This document shows, one piece after another, positions 27,394-37,686 of a stretch of 64,000 nucleotides of DNA. Location of the stretch: assembly GCA_963753005.1 (NCBI GenBank), contig CAVWAM010000001.1, positions 457,773 to 521,772 on the forward strand, read 5' to 3'. The translations under genes were made by a program, and so were the position numbers. The notes below the pieces were generated by a model that was not told the origin of the DNA, searched no databases, and saw nothing but the letters and a program-made list of their open reading frames with translations. Source of the stretch: an uncultured Acidobacteriaceae bacterium. Lineage in GTDB: Bacteria > Acidobacteriota > Terriglobia > Terriglobales > Acidobacteriaceae. The number at the start of each line of letters is the position of its first letter. Positions within the stretch are counted from its first letter, which is position 1.

Positions 27394-28554
27394 TCAGAAT
27401 TCGTGCTCGCCCAGGGCGAGGCGCAACTGGTTCGAGTCGCTCCAGGCCATACGCAATCCGCCGGCCACGAGTCCCTTACCCATGAGCTGGACCAGTGCTA
27501 TTCCTGCGCCGATGAGGCGCGGCGCGGATCCCTTTGGCCAGAGTTCGCTGAGCGGCCTGATCACGCCGTTCGCGTCGGGATGATAGACACGCTCATCCCA
27601 CCAGCGCGAGCCTTGCGGGAACTCGGGGTAGTGGCGCACCGCATCGAGGGTCGACTGCAGGATGCGATGCTTCCAAGGCTCGGCGTATTGCGGAAGAAAG
27701 AGGATGTTGCTCCGCTTCTCACGGCGAACTTCGTGCACAAATTCGGTGAAACTGGCGGCGCTGGTCAGGTTGATGTTGGCGTTGGGCTCCACGCCGTGAC
27801 GGTCGCCGCCGGAGACGAGCGCCATGTTCCACTTTTCCGCCAGGCGCCGCACCGCGCGGTTCTCGTCCCAGTTGCGCAGGCCATTCAGTTCCAGTGCGTG
27901 AAGAAACGCGCCGTTCTTCTGCAGAAACTCGTTGACCAGAAACTGATGCTTTTCTTTGCCGATCAGGTACAGGTCCCACAAGGGATGGTTGAAGACCACC
28001 AGCACGTTCGGTTCGCGATGAAGGGCGGCCAGAATCTCGGTCAGCCGCGCATCGCCGGGATGCGCAGTGAATTCCTCGAGCGTCGCCATCCACTCCGCCG
28101 CGCGAGCGCTGGGCAGGTTGTGAACGCCCAGATGGAAGGACTGCATGTTGCCGTAGGGCGCGCTCCACTCCACCGACACCGGAATCTGCCGCGCGCTCGG
28201 CACCGTGCGCAGAAGCATCGGCGCCTTGATGTTGTCGTGGTCGCTGATTGAAACCATCGGCGCCAGGCCAAGTCTCTCGATCTGCCGTGTTTCCAGGTCG
28301 AAAGCCAGCTTGGGAGTCATGGGTGGCGTCCAGTAGCTGGCGGCGTAGTCAACGCGGATACCGTGCATCTGCTCGGCGCGCCGTTCCAGCCGGGACAGCA
28401 ACGGGCGCATCATCGGGTACTGGTTGCCGAAGTTGGCCAGAAAATCCAGCGTCTCGCGCGACTGGTTGGTGTGACTGTGCAAGGAAACACCTGTCCGAAA
28501 GCCCTGGGGGGCGTTCTGGTCGCGCCAGAGGTACGAGATGGTTGAATCAGACAT
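27394..28554 (-). CDS. PHP-like metal-dependent phosphoesterase-family protein (tentative)
   Basis: ORF 27394..28584; start placed at ATG 28554, with GGAG 5 nt upstream. His/Asp motifs resemble a PHP fold: SLHSHTNQS, ISDHDN, GVHNL, SGGDRHG. It lies 20 nt upstream of the GT4 gene on the same strand. Confidence 0.5.
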   Translation of the reverse strand: MSDSTISYLWRDQNAPQGFRTGVSLHSHTNQSRETLDFLANFGNQYPMMRPLLSRLERRAEQMHGIRVDYAASYWTPPMTPKLAFDLETRQIERLGLAPMVSISDHDNIKAPMLLRTVPSARQIPVSVEWSAPYGNMQSFHLGVHNLPSARAAEWMATLEEFTAHPGDARLTEILAALHREPNVLVVFNHPLWDLYLIGKEKHQFLVNEFLQKNGAFLHALELNGLRNWDENRAVRRLAEKWNMALVSGGDRHGVEPNANINLTSAASFTEFVHEVRREKRSNILFLPQYAEPWKHRILQSTLDAVRHYPEFPQGSRWWDERVYHPDANGVIRPLSELWPKGSAPRLIGAGIALVQLMGKGLVAGGLRMAWSDSNQLRLALGEHEF

Positions 28555-28949
28555 GTCGGCTCCACGGTTGTTTCGGATTTCCACAGTCAGTATCCGTTCC
28601 CGGTCATGAATTTCCGGTTAAGAGCGTGCGAAATGCCCTTCAATTGAGGCCGAAATGGAATCAAGTGAGTTACCAAAGTATTGAGAGGAATGGGGGAAAG
28701 TCCAGTATCTCCTGTACGGTTGATCCGCTATGTGGGCAGGCGAAACATTGGAAACGCCCGCGGTTCTTTGTGTCAATAGCATGTCAGCGCCCAATCGGTG
28801 ATGCAAGCGGGAAGATTCCCGTGAATTTTCAATGAAACCTCAAAAGATGCTTGGAGGCGCCGAAGCCGAAGAGCGCTGTCGAGCGCGAGTCCGCCCCAAA
28901 AAGAAACGGCCGGTTCGCCGATCAAGGGCCGACCAAGGCCGGAGTCCGG

Positions 28950-30101
28950 TCACTTCCGAGTTTGGGCGAGCTCGGGACCGAGAAAGTCGTCCATGTTCAA
29001 GCCTGCCATCAAATCATCGTTGTTTAGCGGCTTTTTGCTCTCAGGTTGTGCGACCGCAGCCACGGCTGCCTCGGCCGCGAGGTGGTGTTCTGTTAGACCC
29101 TTCTTGAGCAGTTCGAAGGCTTGCTCGGGCGAATCGGCATACTGGAACAGCTCGATGTCCTTGGGAGAGATGGCGCCGGCATCCACCAACGCCTCAAGGT
29201 TGAAGACCTTCTTCCAGTATTCCGGACCGTAGATGAGCACCGTGACCTTCTTGGTCAGTTTATAGGTCTGGGTGAGGGTGAGAATCTCGAACATTTCGTC
29301 GAGCGTGCCAAAGCCGCCGGGAAAGACGACCAGGGCCTTAGCCAGGTAAGCGAACCAAAGCTTGCGCATGAAAAAGTAGTGGAACTCGAAGTTGAGCGAA
29401 GGCGTGATGTATGGATTCGGTCTCTGCTCGAACGGCAGCAGGATATTCATGCCGATGGTTTTACCGCCGGCCTCGTAAGCGCCGCGATTGGCCGCCTCCA
29501 TGATGCCGGGGCCGCCGCCAGAGGTGACGACAAAGCGGTGCTTGCGCGAGGGAATGGTCTTGGCCCACTGCGTGAGAAGCTGGGCAAGCCGGCGCGCGTC
29601 TTCATAGTAGCGGGCCATCTCGACCGCGGCCACGGCGCGCTTGCGCTGCAACTCAGTGGCTTTGCCTGCCGCGATCTCCGGAGCCTTGGCCGGTTGCTCT
29701 TCACTGGGAGCGGGGCGCGTAGAGCCGGTGTTTTCCAACAGTTCCAGGGCATGATCGGCTTCTTCGCGCCCGCGAAAGCGCGCCGAGCCGAAGAAGACCA
29801 CCGTGTCCTGAATCTGCTCGCGGCGGAATCGGGCCAGAGGCTCGAGGAATTCCGACACGATGCGGATCAGGCGCCCGTCAGCGCTGTTCAAGAACCCCGA
29901 ATTTTCATAGGCGAGCGGTGCGCGCTCCAGCGGCGGCGGTGCTCCGTTGCCGGGAATCACTGCGTCTGGCATTGTCTGGGAAACGGCCGTAGGGCGAGAG
30001 GCGGCGCCGGAACCCGCTTGGTTCACCTGCGCGTGCACCATTTCCTGTTTGCTCACTCTCGCCGCGGCAGACGGGCCCGTTTGCTTCGCTTTGTCCTTCA
30101 T
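28950..30101 (-). CDS. LOG/TIGR00730-family nucleotide-binding protein with long N-terminal and internal extensions
   Basis: 383 aa. Contains VVFFGSARF, VVTSGGGPGIMEAANRGA and PGGFGTLDEMFE. Confidence 0.8.
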   Translation of the reverse strand: MKDKAKQTGPSAAARVSKQEMVHAQVNQAGSGAASRPTAVSQTMPDAVIPGNGAPPPLERAPLAYENSGFLNSADGRLIRIVSEFLEPLARFRREQIQDTVVFFGSARFRGREEADHALELLENTGSTRPAPSEEQPAKAPEIAAGKATELQRKRAVAAVEMARYYEDARRLAQLLTQWAKTIPSRKHRFVVTSGGGPGIMEAANRGAYEAGGKTIGMNILLPFEQRPNPYITPSLNFEFHYFFMRKLWFAYLAKALVVFPGGFGTLDEMFEILTLTQTYKLTKKVTVLIYGPEYWKKVFNLEALVDAGAISPKDIELFQYADSPEQAFELLKKGLTEHHLAAEAAVAAVAQPESKKPLNNDDLMAGLNMDDFLGPELAQTRK

Positions 30102-30104
30102 AAC

Positions 30105-30473
30105 TCAACCATCCCGGTGACGAATGGCGTCGTGAAACGCAATCCAAAGATTCAAAAGACCGAGTCCTGAGACCATGCCTCGCACCGCGCCGTTGGCGGC
30201 AAAGTCGGCAAGCCGGGGAAAATGCAGAAAGAGCGCATTCTGATCCCAAAACGTGCGCGACCAGGGTGCGTAGCAGACCGCCAATCCGATATAGATGCGT
30301 AACATGACGCGCAAGAATAATTCGACGCGCTCGAGCCAGCGGGGAATCCGATGCTGTGTGTGCGCGGCGGTTTGCGGCGTGGGCGCAGAGCCGGGTGCGG
30401 GATCCGATACCTGCCGCGACACAGGAGCCGGGCTCACAGTGAGTAGAGACGATGACGATTCCGGCTGTTGCAT
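30105..30473 (-). CDS. Hypothetical small membrane protein
   Basis: 122 aa. Pro/Ser-rich N-terminus followed by two hydrophobic helices. Its stop is 3 nt before the LOG-family start. No family recognised. Confidence 0.5.
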   Translation of the reverse strand: MQQPESSSSLLTVSPAPVSRQVSDPAPGSAPTPQTAAHTQHRIPRWLERVELFLRVMLRIYIGLAVCYAPWSRTFWDQNALFLHFPRLADFAANGAVRGMVSGLGLLNLWIAFHDAIRHRDG

Positions 30474-30912
30474 TCGTTAGCTTCTGCCCAGTGTCTCCAA
30501 TGTCTTTGCATTACAATCACTTGCTGCCCATCGCCGTCACGATAGGCCAGACGCGCACGTCACTCCCGGCGATGGGACGCTGTATTGCAACGGTAACACA
30601 GCGCGGGTAGGCGAGTAGAGGCGGGTCAGAGACAAAACTGGCTTGCTGGAACAGTATGGTGCTGCTCTGGCCGCTCGTAGGTTCATTCAGCAAGAGACTG
30701 GCGCTAACGAGCACGAACGGCCTGATATTGGCTGCGTGCTGAGAGATCGGTTTATAACTGCCCCGTTGATTTGGAAGTGGCAACATGGCGCAGGTAGGTC
30801 ATTTGCGAAGAACGCCGAGCAATAGCTCTCGGGCGATCTCCGCCCCTATCCGCGGAAGAGCGCACGCCGGAGCGGGGACAGAGCTTTGATCTATTGCGAT
30901 TGCGAAGAGGCC

Positions 30913-31530
30913 TTAGAAGCGGTAGTACACGCCAGCCATGGGCTCGTAGATCTGGGTATATTTGGTGGTTGACGTAAATTCGTCGGAGAGATTGGGCGCC
31001 TTCGTCATGTTGCCCCGGACTTGCAAGCGCAGACCAAAATGCGGAAGAGAGCTCCAATCCAGGCCGCCGCCATAGATGAAGACCGGCCTGACGACCGTAT
31101 TGATGGTGTATGGGCTATTGCCGGGCACCGTGATCATTAATCCGACACCACCCAGGGCGAATGGCCTGATGTTCCCTTTTTTGACGGAGAATAGCCAGTT
31201 AATGGCGGGTTCGTTCGCCTTGCCTGAAACCTCAAGGCTTCCGCAGATGGGATAGCAGTTTGGCGGAGTGGAAGTAGAGGAGGTATAGGTCTCGTTTGCT
31301 TCAGCGAAAGAATAACTGAACTCGTAGCCAACAAGTGGATTGACGATGCGGCGCACTTCCAGCAGCCCGCCTTCGGAGTTTGACGGCGTCTGCTGTGTGC
31401 CGAAGCCGCTGCTGCTGCTGGTGAAGGTCCTGAAGCCGCTCAACGCCACATCGGTCTGCGCTTGGGCCGCTGCGCCGCACAGCGCAGCCGCCACGACCAC
31501 TACGAACGCGCCCTGCATCCAAATCTTCAT
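30913..31530 (-). CDS. Outer-membrane beta-barrel protein (OmpW/porin-like)
   Basis: ORF 30913..31671 trimmed to ATG 31530. Signal peptide MKIWMQGAFVVVVAAALCGAAAQA, alternating beta pattern, and a C-terminal ...AGVYYRF with terminal Phe. Confidence 0.75.
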   Translation of the reverse strand: MKIWMQGAFVVVVAAALCGAAAQAQTDVALSGFRTFTSSSSGFGTQQTPSNSEGGLLEVRRIVNPLVGYEFSYSFAEANETYTSSTSTPPNCYPICGSLEVSGKANEPAINWLFSVKKGNIRPFALGGVGLMITVPGNSPYTINTVVRPVFIYGGGLDWSSLPHFGLRLQVRGNMTKAPNLSDEFTSTTKYTQIYEPMAGVYYRF

Positions 31531-31688
31531 CCGAATCACAGCCTCCTGGGTTGATTGTTTCGTGTTGTATTGCATGCCGGGAACCCGCCCTCCGCCATCT
31601 TCAACGCATTTTGACGCCGATACAAGCGAAAGGGATGGATGGCGACTTGAAGCAGATACGGGACAAACCAAAAAACGGAACCAGTCAG

Positions 31689-33056
31689 CTAGGGGACCAC
31701 AGGCAGGCCCGCAAGCGCCATAGCGATTTCTTCCTCCGGATAGTCGTAATTCTCCAGTTTACCGGCTTGGTAGTCGAGGTAGGACTGCATGTCGAAATGA
31801 CCATGGCCGCTAAGGCCGAAGAGAATGGTGCGCGGCTTGTTTTCCGCTTTGGCTTCGAGGGCCTGGCGTATGGCCTCAGCGATGGCGTGGTTGGCCTCGG
31901 GCGCAGGGACGATGCCTTCGGCGCGGGCAAATTGAATACCTGCGGCGAATGCGTCCAACTGCTGGACAGTTGTGGCCTCGGCCAAGCCGAGATCGATGAC
32001 GTGGGAGACCAGGGGCGCCATGCCGTGATAGCGAAGGCCGCCGGCGTGAATGCCCGGAGGAATAAACGTGCTGCCGAGCGTATGCATCTTAACCAGCGGC
32101 GTGAGATGGCCGGTGTCGCCGAAGTCGTAAGTGAAGCGGCCCTTGGTGAGGCTGGGGCAGGCGGCCGGTTCAACGGCCACAAGGCACGCGTGGCACTTTC
32201 CCTTGAGCTTGCGGCTCAGGAAGGGCATCACGAGACCGGCAAAGTTTGATCCGCCGCCGGTACAGCCGATGATGACATCGGGTTCGTCGCCGGCCATCGA
32301 CATCTGCTCGATGGCTTCCTGTCCGATGACGGTCTGGTGGAGCAGCACGTGATTCAACACGCTGCCGAGCGCGTAATTGGTGTGGGGATCCTTGGCGGCC
32401 ACCTCGACGGCCTCGGAGATCGCGATGCCCAGCGAACCGTTGGAGTTTGGATGCGCGGCAAGAATGGCGCGGCCCGATTCCGTCTCCGTGCTGGGGCTGG
32501 CGGTGACCGAGGCGCCGAAGGCTTCGATGAGGGCGCGGCGGTAAGGTTTCTGGTCGTAACTGACGCGCACCATGAAGACCTTGCAATCGAGGCCGAGGAA
32601 GGCGCACGCCATGGCCAGAGCCGAGCCCCACTGGCCGGCGCCGGTCTCAGTGGAAAGGTGTTTTACGCCTTCCTGCTTGTTGTAATACGCCTGCGCAACG
32701 GCGGTATTGAGCTTGTGCGAGCCGGCCGGACTGACGCCTTCGTATTTGTAATAGATCCGCGCAGGCGTATCGAGCGCCTTCTCCAGGCGCCGCGCGCGGA
32801 TCAGCGGAGAGGGGCGCCATTGCGCGTAAATCTGGCGCACCTCTCCGGGAATCTCGATCTCGCGCTCGGTACTGACCTCCTGAAGGATCAGGGCCATGGG
32901 AAACAGCGGGGCCAAATCGGCAGGACCGAGGGGCTGCAGCGTGCCTGGATGCAAAGGCGGCGCCAGGGGTTTGGGCAGGTCGGGCAGGATGTTGTACCAG
33001 GCTTGCGGAATGTGGCTTTGCGGCAGGTTGTATTGAATGGTCTCCATGCGCAACAT
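31689..33056 (-). CDS. trpB: TrpB2-type tryptophan synthase beta-like PLP enzyme
   Basis: 455 aa. [13 protein letters not shown]..., [24 protein letters not shown] and [10 protein letters not shown] are typical of the long TrpB2 class. No other trp genes are adjacent. Confidence 0.85.
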   Translation of the reverse strand: MLRMETIQYNLPQSHIPQAWYNILPDLPKPLAPPLHPGTLQPLGPADLAPLFPMALILQEVSTEREIEIPGEVRQIYAQWRPSPLIRARRLEKALDTPARIYYKYEGVSPAGSHKLNTAVAQAYYNKQEGVKHLSTETGAGQWGSALAMACAFLGLDCKVFMVRVSYDQKPYRRALIEAFGASVTASPSTETESGRAILAAHPNSNGSLGIAISEAVEVAAKDPHTNYALGSVLNHVLLHQTVIGQEAIEQMSMAGDEPDVIIGCTGGGSNFAGLVMPFLSRKLKGKCHACLVAVEPAACPSLTKGRFTYDFGDTGHLTPLVKMHTLGSTFIPPGIHAGGLRYHGMAPLVSHVIDLGLAEATTVQQLDAFAAGIQFARAEGIVPAPEANHAIAEAIRQALEAKAENKPRTILFGLSGHGHFDMQSYLDYQAGKLENYDYPEEEIAMALAGLPVVP

Positions 33057-33103
33057 TCTACAGGGGCGCGCGGGGATACAGTAGTGTGGAATATCACGCG
33101 CTG

Positions 33104-33652
33104 TCAGCGCCGGCTCGATTCTCCGGCAGCCACCTTGCGGTTGAACTCGGCCGACTGGCTACGCGGCACGCTGAGCGACTGCCAGCGGTCGCACGCGAAG
33201 TGCTTCGCCAGCAGAACAATCTGCCCCACATGATGCGGGTAGTGCGCCAATTGCCGATTGATGGCCTGCATCACGGAGTGCGCTGCGCCGCGGATGGTCA
33301 CGGTGCGCCCAAGGTCGGCGTCGGTAAGCGGCTCGAGTGCCGTGAAGAGCCGGTTCCAACCGTCCTCCCATGCGGCGAACACATCGCTGCGCGTGGCTGC
33401 AGGATCGATGAATTCGCTGTCGCGGTCGCGGTTGGGCTTCTCGCCGTCAGTGGTCAGGAAATCGGTCCAGCGGGAGCGCATATTGCCGACCATGTGCTTC
33501 ACCACGATGGCGATGGAATTGGCCTCCGAGTCGAGGACGGCAAAGAGTTGCTCGTCGGTGACCTGCTCCATGGCACGCTCGGCCAGCCGCTTGTAGTAGC
33601 GGAAGAGCGACAGCGCGTCTTGAACATACGAGGTGGTGAATTCGAGCGCCAT
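33104..33652 (-). CDS. DinB-superfamily protein (DUF1572-like)
   Basis: 182 aa. A four-helix pattern with His residues (VVKHMVGNM..., [17 protein letters not shown]). Confidence 0.65.
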   Translation of the reverse strand: MALEFTTSYVQDALSLFRYYKRLAERAMEQVTDEQLFAVLDSEANSIAIVVKHMVGNMRSRWTDFLTTDGEKPNRDRDSEFIDPAATRSDVFAAWEDGWNRLFTALEPLTDADLGRTVTIRGAAHSVMQAINRQLAHYPHHVGQIVLLAKHFACDRWQSLSVPRSQSAEFNRKVAAGESSRR

Positions 33653-33718
33653 GACCAGAGTCTACGCGAGATTCGCGTCGTCGTGAACATACAATGTGCG
33701 AACGGGCGCCGGCCCCGA

Positions 33719-34783
33719 TCAAGGCTCATCGTTGTAGATGCGCACTTCGACCTTCCCGCCCTCCACCTGCCGGGCGCGGAACATGCCGGGTGTGTTGAAA
33801 CTCCAGGCAAGCTGGCCGTCGGGCGTGACAGCAATGACGCCGCCATCGCCGTGGATGGGGGTAAGTTGCTTGTGGATGACTTCGTCGGCGGCTTGCTGCA
33901 AAGCGAGGCCCTTGTACTGGACCAGGGCGCAAACCTCGCGGGCGACGGTGTGGCGGATGAAGTACTCACCGACGCCTGTGCCTGAGACGGCGCAGGATTG
34001 GTTGGAGGCGTAGGTGCCGGCGCCGATCAGGGGCGAGTCGCCCACGCGACCCGGCATCTTGCCCTGCAAGCCGCCGGTCGAAGTGCCGGCTGCGATGTTG
34101 CCCTGCCGGTCGAGCGCCACCACGCCAACGGTACCGTACCGATGCGTGCCGGCCGCTTCCTGCAACTGGGCCATCGGCACGGCTGCGCCCGGCGGCGGCG
34201 CGCCTACCGGACGGGGTGGAATGGGCTTGCCCTCCTTTTGCAACTGCTTGACCAGCGACTGCCAGCGGCTCTCCGTGAAGAAGTAGCCAGGGGGCTCCTG
34301 TTCCAATCCGGCTTGCACAGAGAATGCGTCGGCGCCGGGACCGACGAGGAAAACGTAGGGCGTCTTCTCCATCACCGTTCGCGCCAGGCTGATGGGATGG
34401 CGCGTGCGCGTAACGTCGGCCACGGCGCCTGCGCGAAGGGTTGCACCCTCCATGATCGCCGCGTCCATCTCGTTGGTGCCGTCGGCGGCGAAGACCGCGC
34501 CGCGGCCGGCGTTGAAGAGCGGGTCGTCTTCAAAAACTCGGATGGCGGCTTCTACGGCGTCAAGCGACGAGCCTCCGCGATCGAGCACTGCGGCGCCCGC
34601 CTGCACGGCTCTGGCGAGTGAGTCGCGATAAGCCTTATCGCCAGCCGGACCCAGCGTAGCGCGTTCGACGTCGCCGGCTCCGCCATGCACCACGATGCCC
34701 CAATGCGGGACTTGGGGCGTTTGCGCGGCAGCCGTCGCGGCCATCATCAACCCTCCAAGAATCAGATTGCCAGCCCTCTTCAT
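33719..34783 (-). CDS. iaaA: Isoaspartyl peptidase / L-asparaginase (Ntn hydrolase), secreted
   Basis: 354 aa. Signal peptide, GIVVHGGAG, the autoprocessing site HRYGTVGVVALD, and GDSPLIGAGTYA. Confidence 0.9.
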   Translation of the reverse strand: MKRAGNLILGGLMMAATAAAQTPQVPHWGIVVHGGAGDVERATLGPAGDKAYRDSLARAVQAGAAVLDRGGSSLDAVEAAIRVFEDDPLFNAGRGAVFAADGTNEMDAAIMEGATLRAGAVADVTRTRHPISLARTVMEKTPYVFLVGPGADAFSVQAGLEQEPPGYFFTESRWQSLVKQLQKEGKPIPPRPVGAPPPGAAVPMAQLQEAAGTHRYGTVGVVALDRQGNIAAGTSTGGLQGKMPGRVGDSPLIGAGTYASNQSCAVSGTGVGEYFIRHTVAREVCALVQYKGLALQQAADEVIHKQLTPIHGDGGVIAVTPDGQLAWSFNTPGMFRARQVEGGKVEVRIYNDEP

Positions 34784-34946
34784 CTTCCAACCCCTCCGGA
34801 AAATCCCCGCGCTGCCGCGCGATCAAAGCAATCCTTTCCGCGCCCACGATCGCTGCTACGATGCTAAAACCTCGCGACGCCCTTGTGCGGTTTGGAGCCA
34901 TGATTGCCGTAAGATAGTGTTGGACCCCAGGACCGGGAGACCAACC

Positions 34947-35360
34947 TTGAAGCTCAATATCGTCACGCTTGTTCTGGTCACTGTCTGCCTCGTGCTGCTT
35001 GCCGTGCATATCTCCAGGCTTCCCTGGACCGTTCCGCGCATTGCAGGCATCGCGATTGCGCTTCCGTCTTTCTTGCTGCTGGCGATGGCGCGAATGCAAC
35101 TGGGACGCGCCTTCAGCGTGCGCGCCAAAGCTGTCAAGCTGGTCACCACCGGCCTCTATTCCCGCATCCGCAACCCCATATACTTTTTTGGCGCTCTGAT
35201 GATCCTGGGCATGATCATCTGGGCCGCACAACCATGGCTACTCCTCTTTCTTGCCGTCCTCATTCCCCTCCAGATGCATCGCAGCCGCACGGAGGAACGG
35301 GTGCTGACGGAAAAATTCGGGACTGCCTATCTCGACTACAAAAAGAAAACGTGGTTCTGA
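34947..35360 (+). CDS. Isoprenylcysteine carboxyl / phospholipid methyltransferase-family membrane protein
   Basis: The ORF 34695..35360 overlaps iaaA. The likely start is TTG 34947, with GGGAGA 7 nt upstream. Contains TTGLYSRIRNPIYFFGALMILG and EERVLTEKFGTAYLDYKKKT. Confidence 0.7.
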   Translation: MKLNIVTLVLVTVCLVLLAVHISRLPWTVPRIAGIAIALPSFLLLAMARMQLGRAFSVRAKAVKLVTTGLYSRIRNPIYFFGALMILGMIIWAAQPWLLLFLAVLIPLQMHRSRTEERVLTEKFGTAYLDYKKKTWF

Positions 35361-35415
35361 TCTGTTCCATCGAGCAGATCTCCACAAACTGAAGACAAGC
35401 CGCGGCGATGTTCCC

Positions 35416-36288
35416 TCACGCGCCGGAGACCGGAAAATGTTTCATCCACTCCCGCGTTCCCGCGTACCGGCAAGATTCAGACGCAACCTTTGCTGCCTCC
35501 GCCAAAGATTCGATAAATCCGCGCCCTGTGGACGCAAAATAACAATACGTCCCATGAAAGATGTCGCCAGCACCCATGGTGTCGGCCGCCTCGACCTGCG
35601 GGACGCGGATAGTTCCGGAAGATTGGCCTGACGCAAACTGGATCGGCTCGGCTCCGCTTGTGATCGCGACGTTCGCCACTCCGCGGTTCTTCAGGAACTC
35701 GATGACTTCGCTTCTGGACGCGCAGCCCGGAGGCAGAAAATCGGCCGAACAGATGGCAATGTGTACGCTCTTAAGAAGTTCTTCCGTTCCTTCCTTCCAG
35801 CTTCCACCATCGAGAACGACCGGGGTTCCCTGGGCGCGCGCCGCCTTGGCCCACGCCTGGCAGGCCTGCATGTAGTGACCGTCGACCAGAACGATGCGCG
35901 CCTGCTCGCACAGGCTCCGGTCAACCTCCGCCGGAGGCGTTGGGACGCGCATGGCGTTGGCCGAAACGACGCTGCGGTTGCTGTTCCTGTCGACGGTAAC
36001 CGACGAGAGGACGGGAATGCCCTCGAAATCCGGATGCAAATCAGCGAGCTGAATCGCAAATTTCTGCAGCTCTTCGCGGATGCCGATGGCCAGAGCATTT
36101 CGGCCTACTGCCGTTACCAGCGCCGCTTGGCCGCCAAGGTGAGCGAATGCGACCGCCGCATTGGTGGCCGGCCCGCCTACGAACAGGTTCTGGCTCCGCG
36201 CCGCGATTTTTGCGTTCGCCGCAGGAAACTCGTCAACGCCGTAGACGATGTCGATGGTTGAGAGGCCGACAAAAATTCCGCGCGTCAT
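35416..36288 (-). CDS. PfkB-family carbohydrate kinase
   Basis: 290 aa. N-terminal GLSTIDIVY...GGPATNAA and the C-terminal ATP motif DTMGAGDIFHG. Confidence 0.85.
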   Translation of the reverse strand: MTRGIFVGLSTIDIVYGVDEFPAANAKIAARSQNLFVGGPATNAAVAFAHLGGQAALVTAVGRNALAIGIREELQKFAIQLADLHPDFEGIPVLSSVTVDRNSNRSVVSANAMRVPTPPAEVDRSLCEQARIVLVDGHYMQACQAWAKAARAQGTPVVLDGGSWKEGTEELLKSVHIAICSADFLPPGCASRSEVIEFLKNRGVANVAITSGAEPIQFASGQSSGTIRVPQVEAADTMGAGDIFHGTYCYFASTGRGFIESLAEAAKVASESCRYAGTREWMKHFPVSGA

Positions 36289-36469
36289 GGTTCAGCCGCT
36301 CCGCACAAAGGCCGCTTGCCGCCATTCTAGTTTGCCTTGCCTCTCACTTGCCGCCGTTGCTCTTGGCGAAGGCAGGTACAGCGGTGGAGAATGCTCTGGT
36401 CTCTCGATTGGAAGCACCGGTTGGGCTCTGCGTCTCTAGCGTGGGTGCGGCAGCCGCATAAACCCCGGC

Positions 36470-36637
36470 ATGGAAGGTTGGATGCACTCGATCTGGTTTG
36501 GGGAGTTTATGGGCACGCTGATCTTCGTGCTGCTGGGCAAGGGCGGATCGAACTGGCGCTATGCGCCGATTCCCATTGATGGCGATCTTGCCGGAGCGGC
36601 GCTTGCGGGGCTACTGCTGGGCTACGCGCATCTGTAG
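36470..36637 (+). pseudogene. Possible internally deleted aquaporin/MIP-family remnant (55 codons)
   Basis: Not in the ORF track because it is under 60 aa. Reads MEGWMHSIWFGEFMGTLIFVLLGKGGSNWRYAPIPIDGDLAGAALAGLLLGYAHL*. The start resembles MIP TM1 (xEFxGTxxLVxxG) and the end resembles the MIP C-terminal W..Y..PI.G...GA.LAG.L.Y. The roughly 170 aa in between, including both NPA boxes, are absent. Confidence 0.4.
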
Positions 36638-36808
36638 CCGCAAGCGAACAGCCGGGTTACTGTGGCGCTTTCTTCTTTTCCATCGCAAGACGCGGAGTCG
36701 TCTGTGCACCGGCAAAGACCCGTACGCATGGAATTTGTCCTGCTTTTTCCACAAGAGTAGCGTGCTGGCAAGCACTCTGCGGCCGGCTCACCGCGCATGG
36801 CGTCAGAA

Positions 36809-37552
36809 TCACTCGAGCAACGAAGCCACCACGGCCAGCGCGGCGATGGCGGCGGTTTCCGCGCGCAAGATGCGCGGACCGAGCGACGCGACGCGCCAGC
36901 CGTTGGCATCGAAGAGAGCTTCTTCCGCAGGAGCCCATCCGCCTTCGGGACCGATAGCGATTTCGAGCGTGGGCATCTCCTCATTGGCTGCGCCGATGGT
37001 TTCCTCGACCGCGCGACGCAGTGTGGCCGTCCGCTCCTGCTCGGCGAGCACGATGCGCGTGGCTGCGGAAGCGGCCCGCACATGCGTGGCCAGAGCTACA
37101 GGGCCGTAGATCGTCGGCACGCCGGAGCGGCGCGCCTGCTGCGCCGCTTCGTGCGCGATGCGGCGCCAGCGTTCGACGCGCTTTCCCGCCCCTTGAGCCA
37201 GATGCTTTTCGGTCCGGCGCGCGACCACCGGCGCTACTGCGGCGACGCCGAGCTCGGTGGCCTTCTCGATTGCCCACTCCATGCGGTCGAACTTGTAGAT
37301 GGCCATCACCAAAGTAACGGGCAGCGCGGGATCGGCCTGAAGCTCGGCGGCGAGGTTGAAGCGAACTTCGCTCTTTTCTCCGTCCAGAGTAACCGCGGCA
37401 ACCTGAGCATGAAAGACGCGGCCGCCGGCCACCACATCCGCCTCCATGCCCGGCCGGGCGCGGAGGACGCGCGCCAGGTGTTCGGCCTGCGCGCCAGCAA
37501 TCGTAGCGGTTGCCTCGTCCCAATGTTCGGCGATCCAGCGGCGGCGGGTCAT
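36809..37552 (-). CDS. rsmE: 16S rRNA (uracil1498-N3)-methyltransferase RsmE
   Basis: 247 aa. Contains FKFDRMEWAIEKATELGV and IAIGPEGGWAPAEE...LGPRILRAETAAIAAL. Confidence 0.9.
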   Translation of the reverse strand: MTRRRWIAEHWDEATATIAGAQAEHLARVLRARPGMEADVVAGGRVFHAQVAAVTLDGEKSEVRFNLAAELQADPALPVTLVMAIYKFDRMEWAIEKATELGVAAVAPVVARRTEKHLAQGAGKRVERWRRIAHEAAQQARRSGVPTIYGPVALATHVRAASAATRIVLAEQERTATLRRAVEETIGAANEEMPTLEIAIGPEGGWAPAEEALFDANGWRVASLGPRILRAETAAIAALAVVASLLE

Positions 37553-37631
37553 GGTCTTCGTCGGGCTCTTTCTTCTCCAGCAGTGTACGGCGTTTTGCGG
37601 AGGCGCGTAGTTTTGTGCGCATAAACACTAA

Positions 37632-37655
37632 GGGGAACGCCTTTGAGCGTCCCCC
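37632..37655 (-). terminator. Hairpin downstream of the Lys/Ala-rich mini-gene
   Basis: The minus strand reads GGGGGACGC-tcaaag-GCGTTCCCC followed by TTAGTGTTT. It starts about 30 nt after the stop at 37687. Confidence 0.45.
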
Positions 37656-37686
37656 TAAAGTGTTGCCTTTTGGGTTGTTCGATCCG

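Noticed and set aside
30640-30670. Sigma54-like TGGAAC-N-GGTGC motif
   Set aside because: The GG-to-GC spacing is 11 nt rather than 10, and there is no downstream gene on that strand.
30517-30786. 89-aa minus ORF in the gap between the OMP gene and the small membrane protein gene
   Set aside because: It has no RBS, atypical composition and lower GC than neighbouring genes. It is possibly non-coding. I have not annotated it but cannot fully exclude it.
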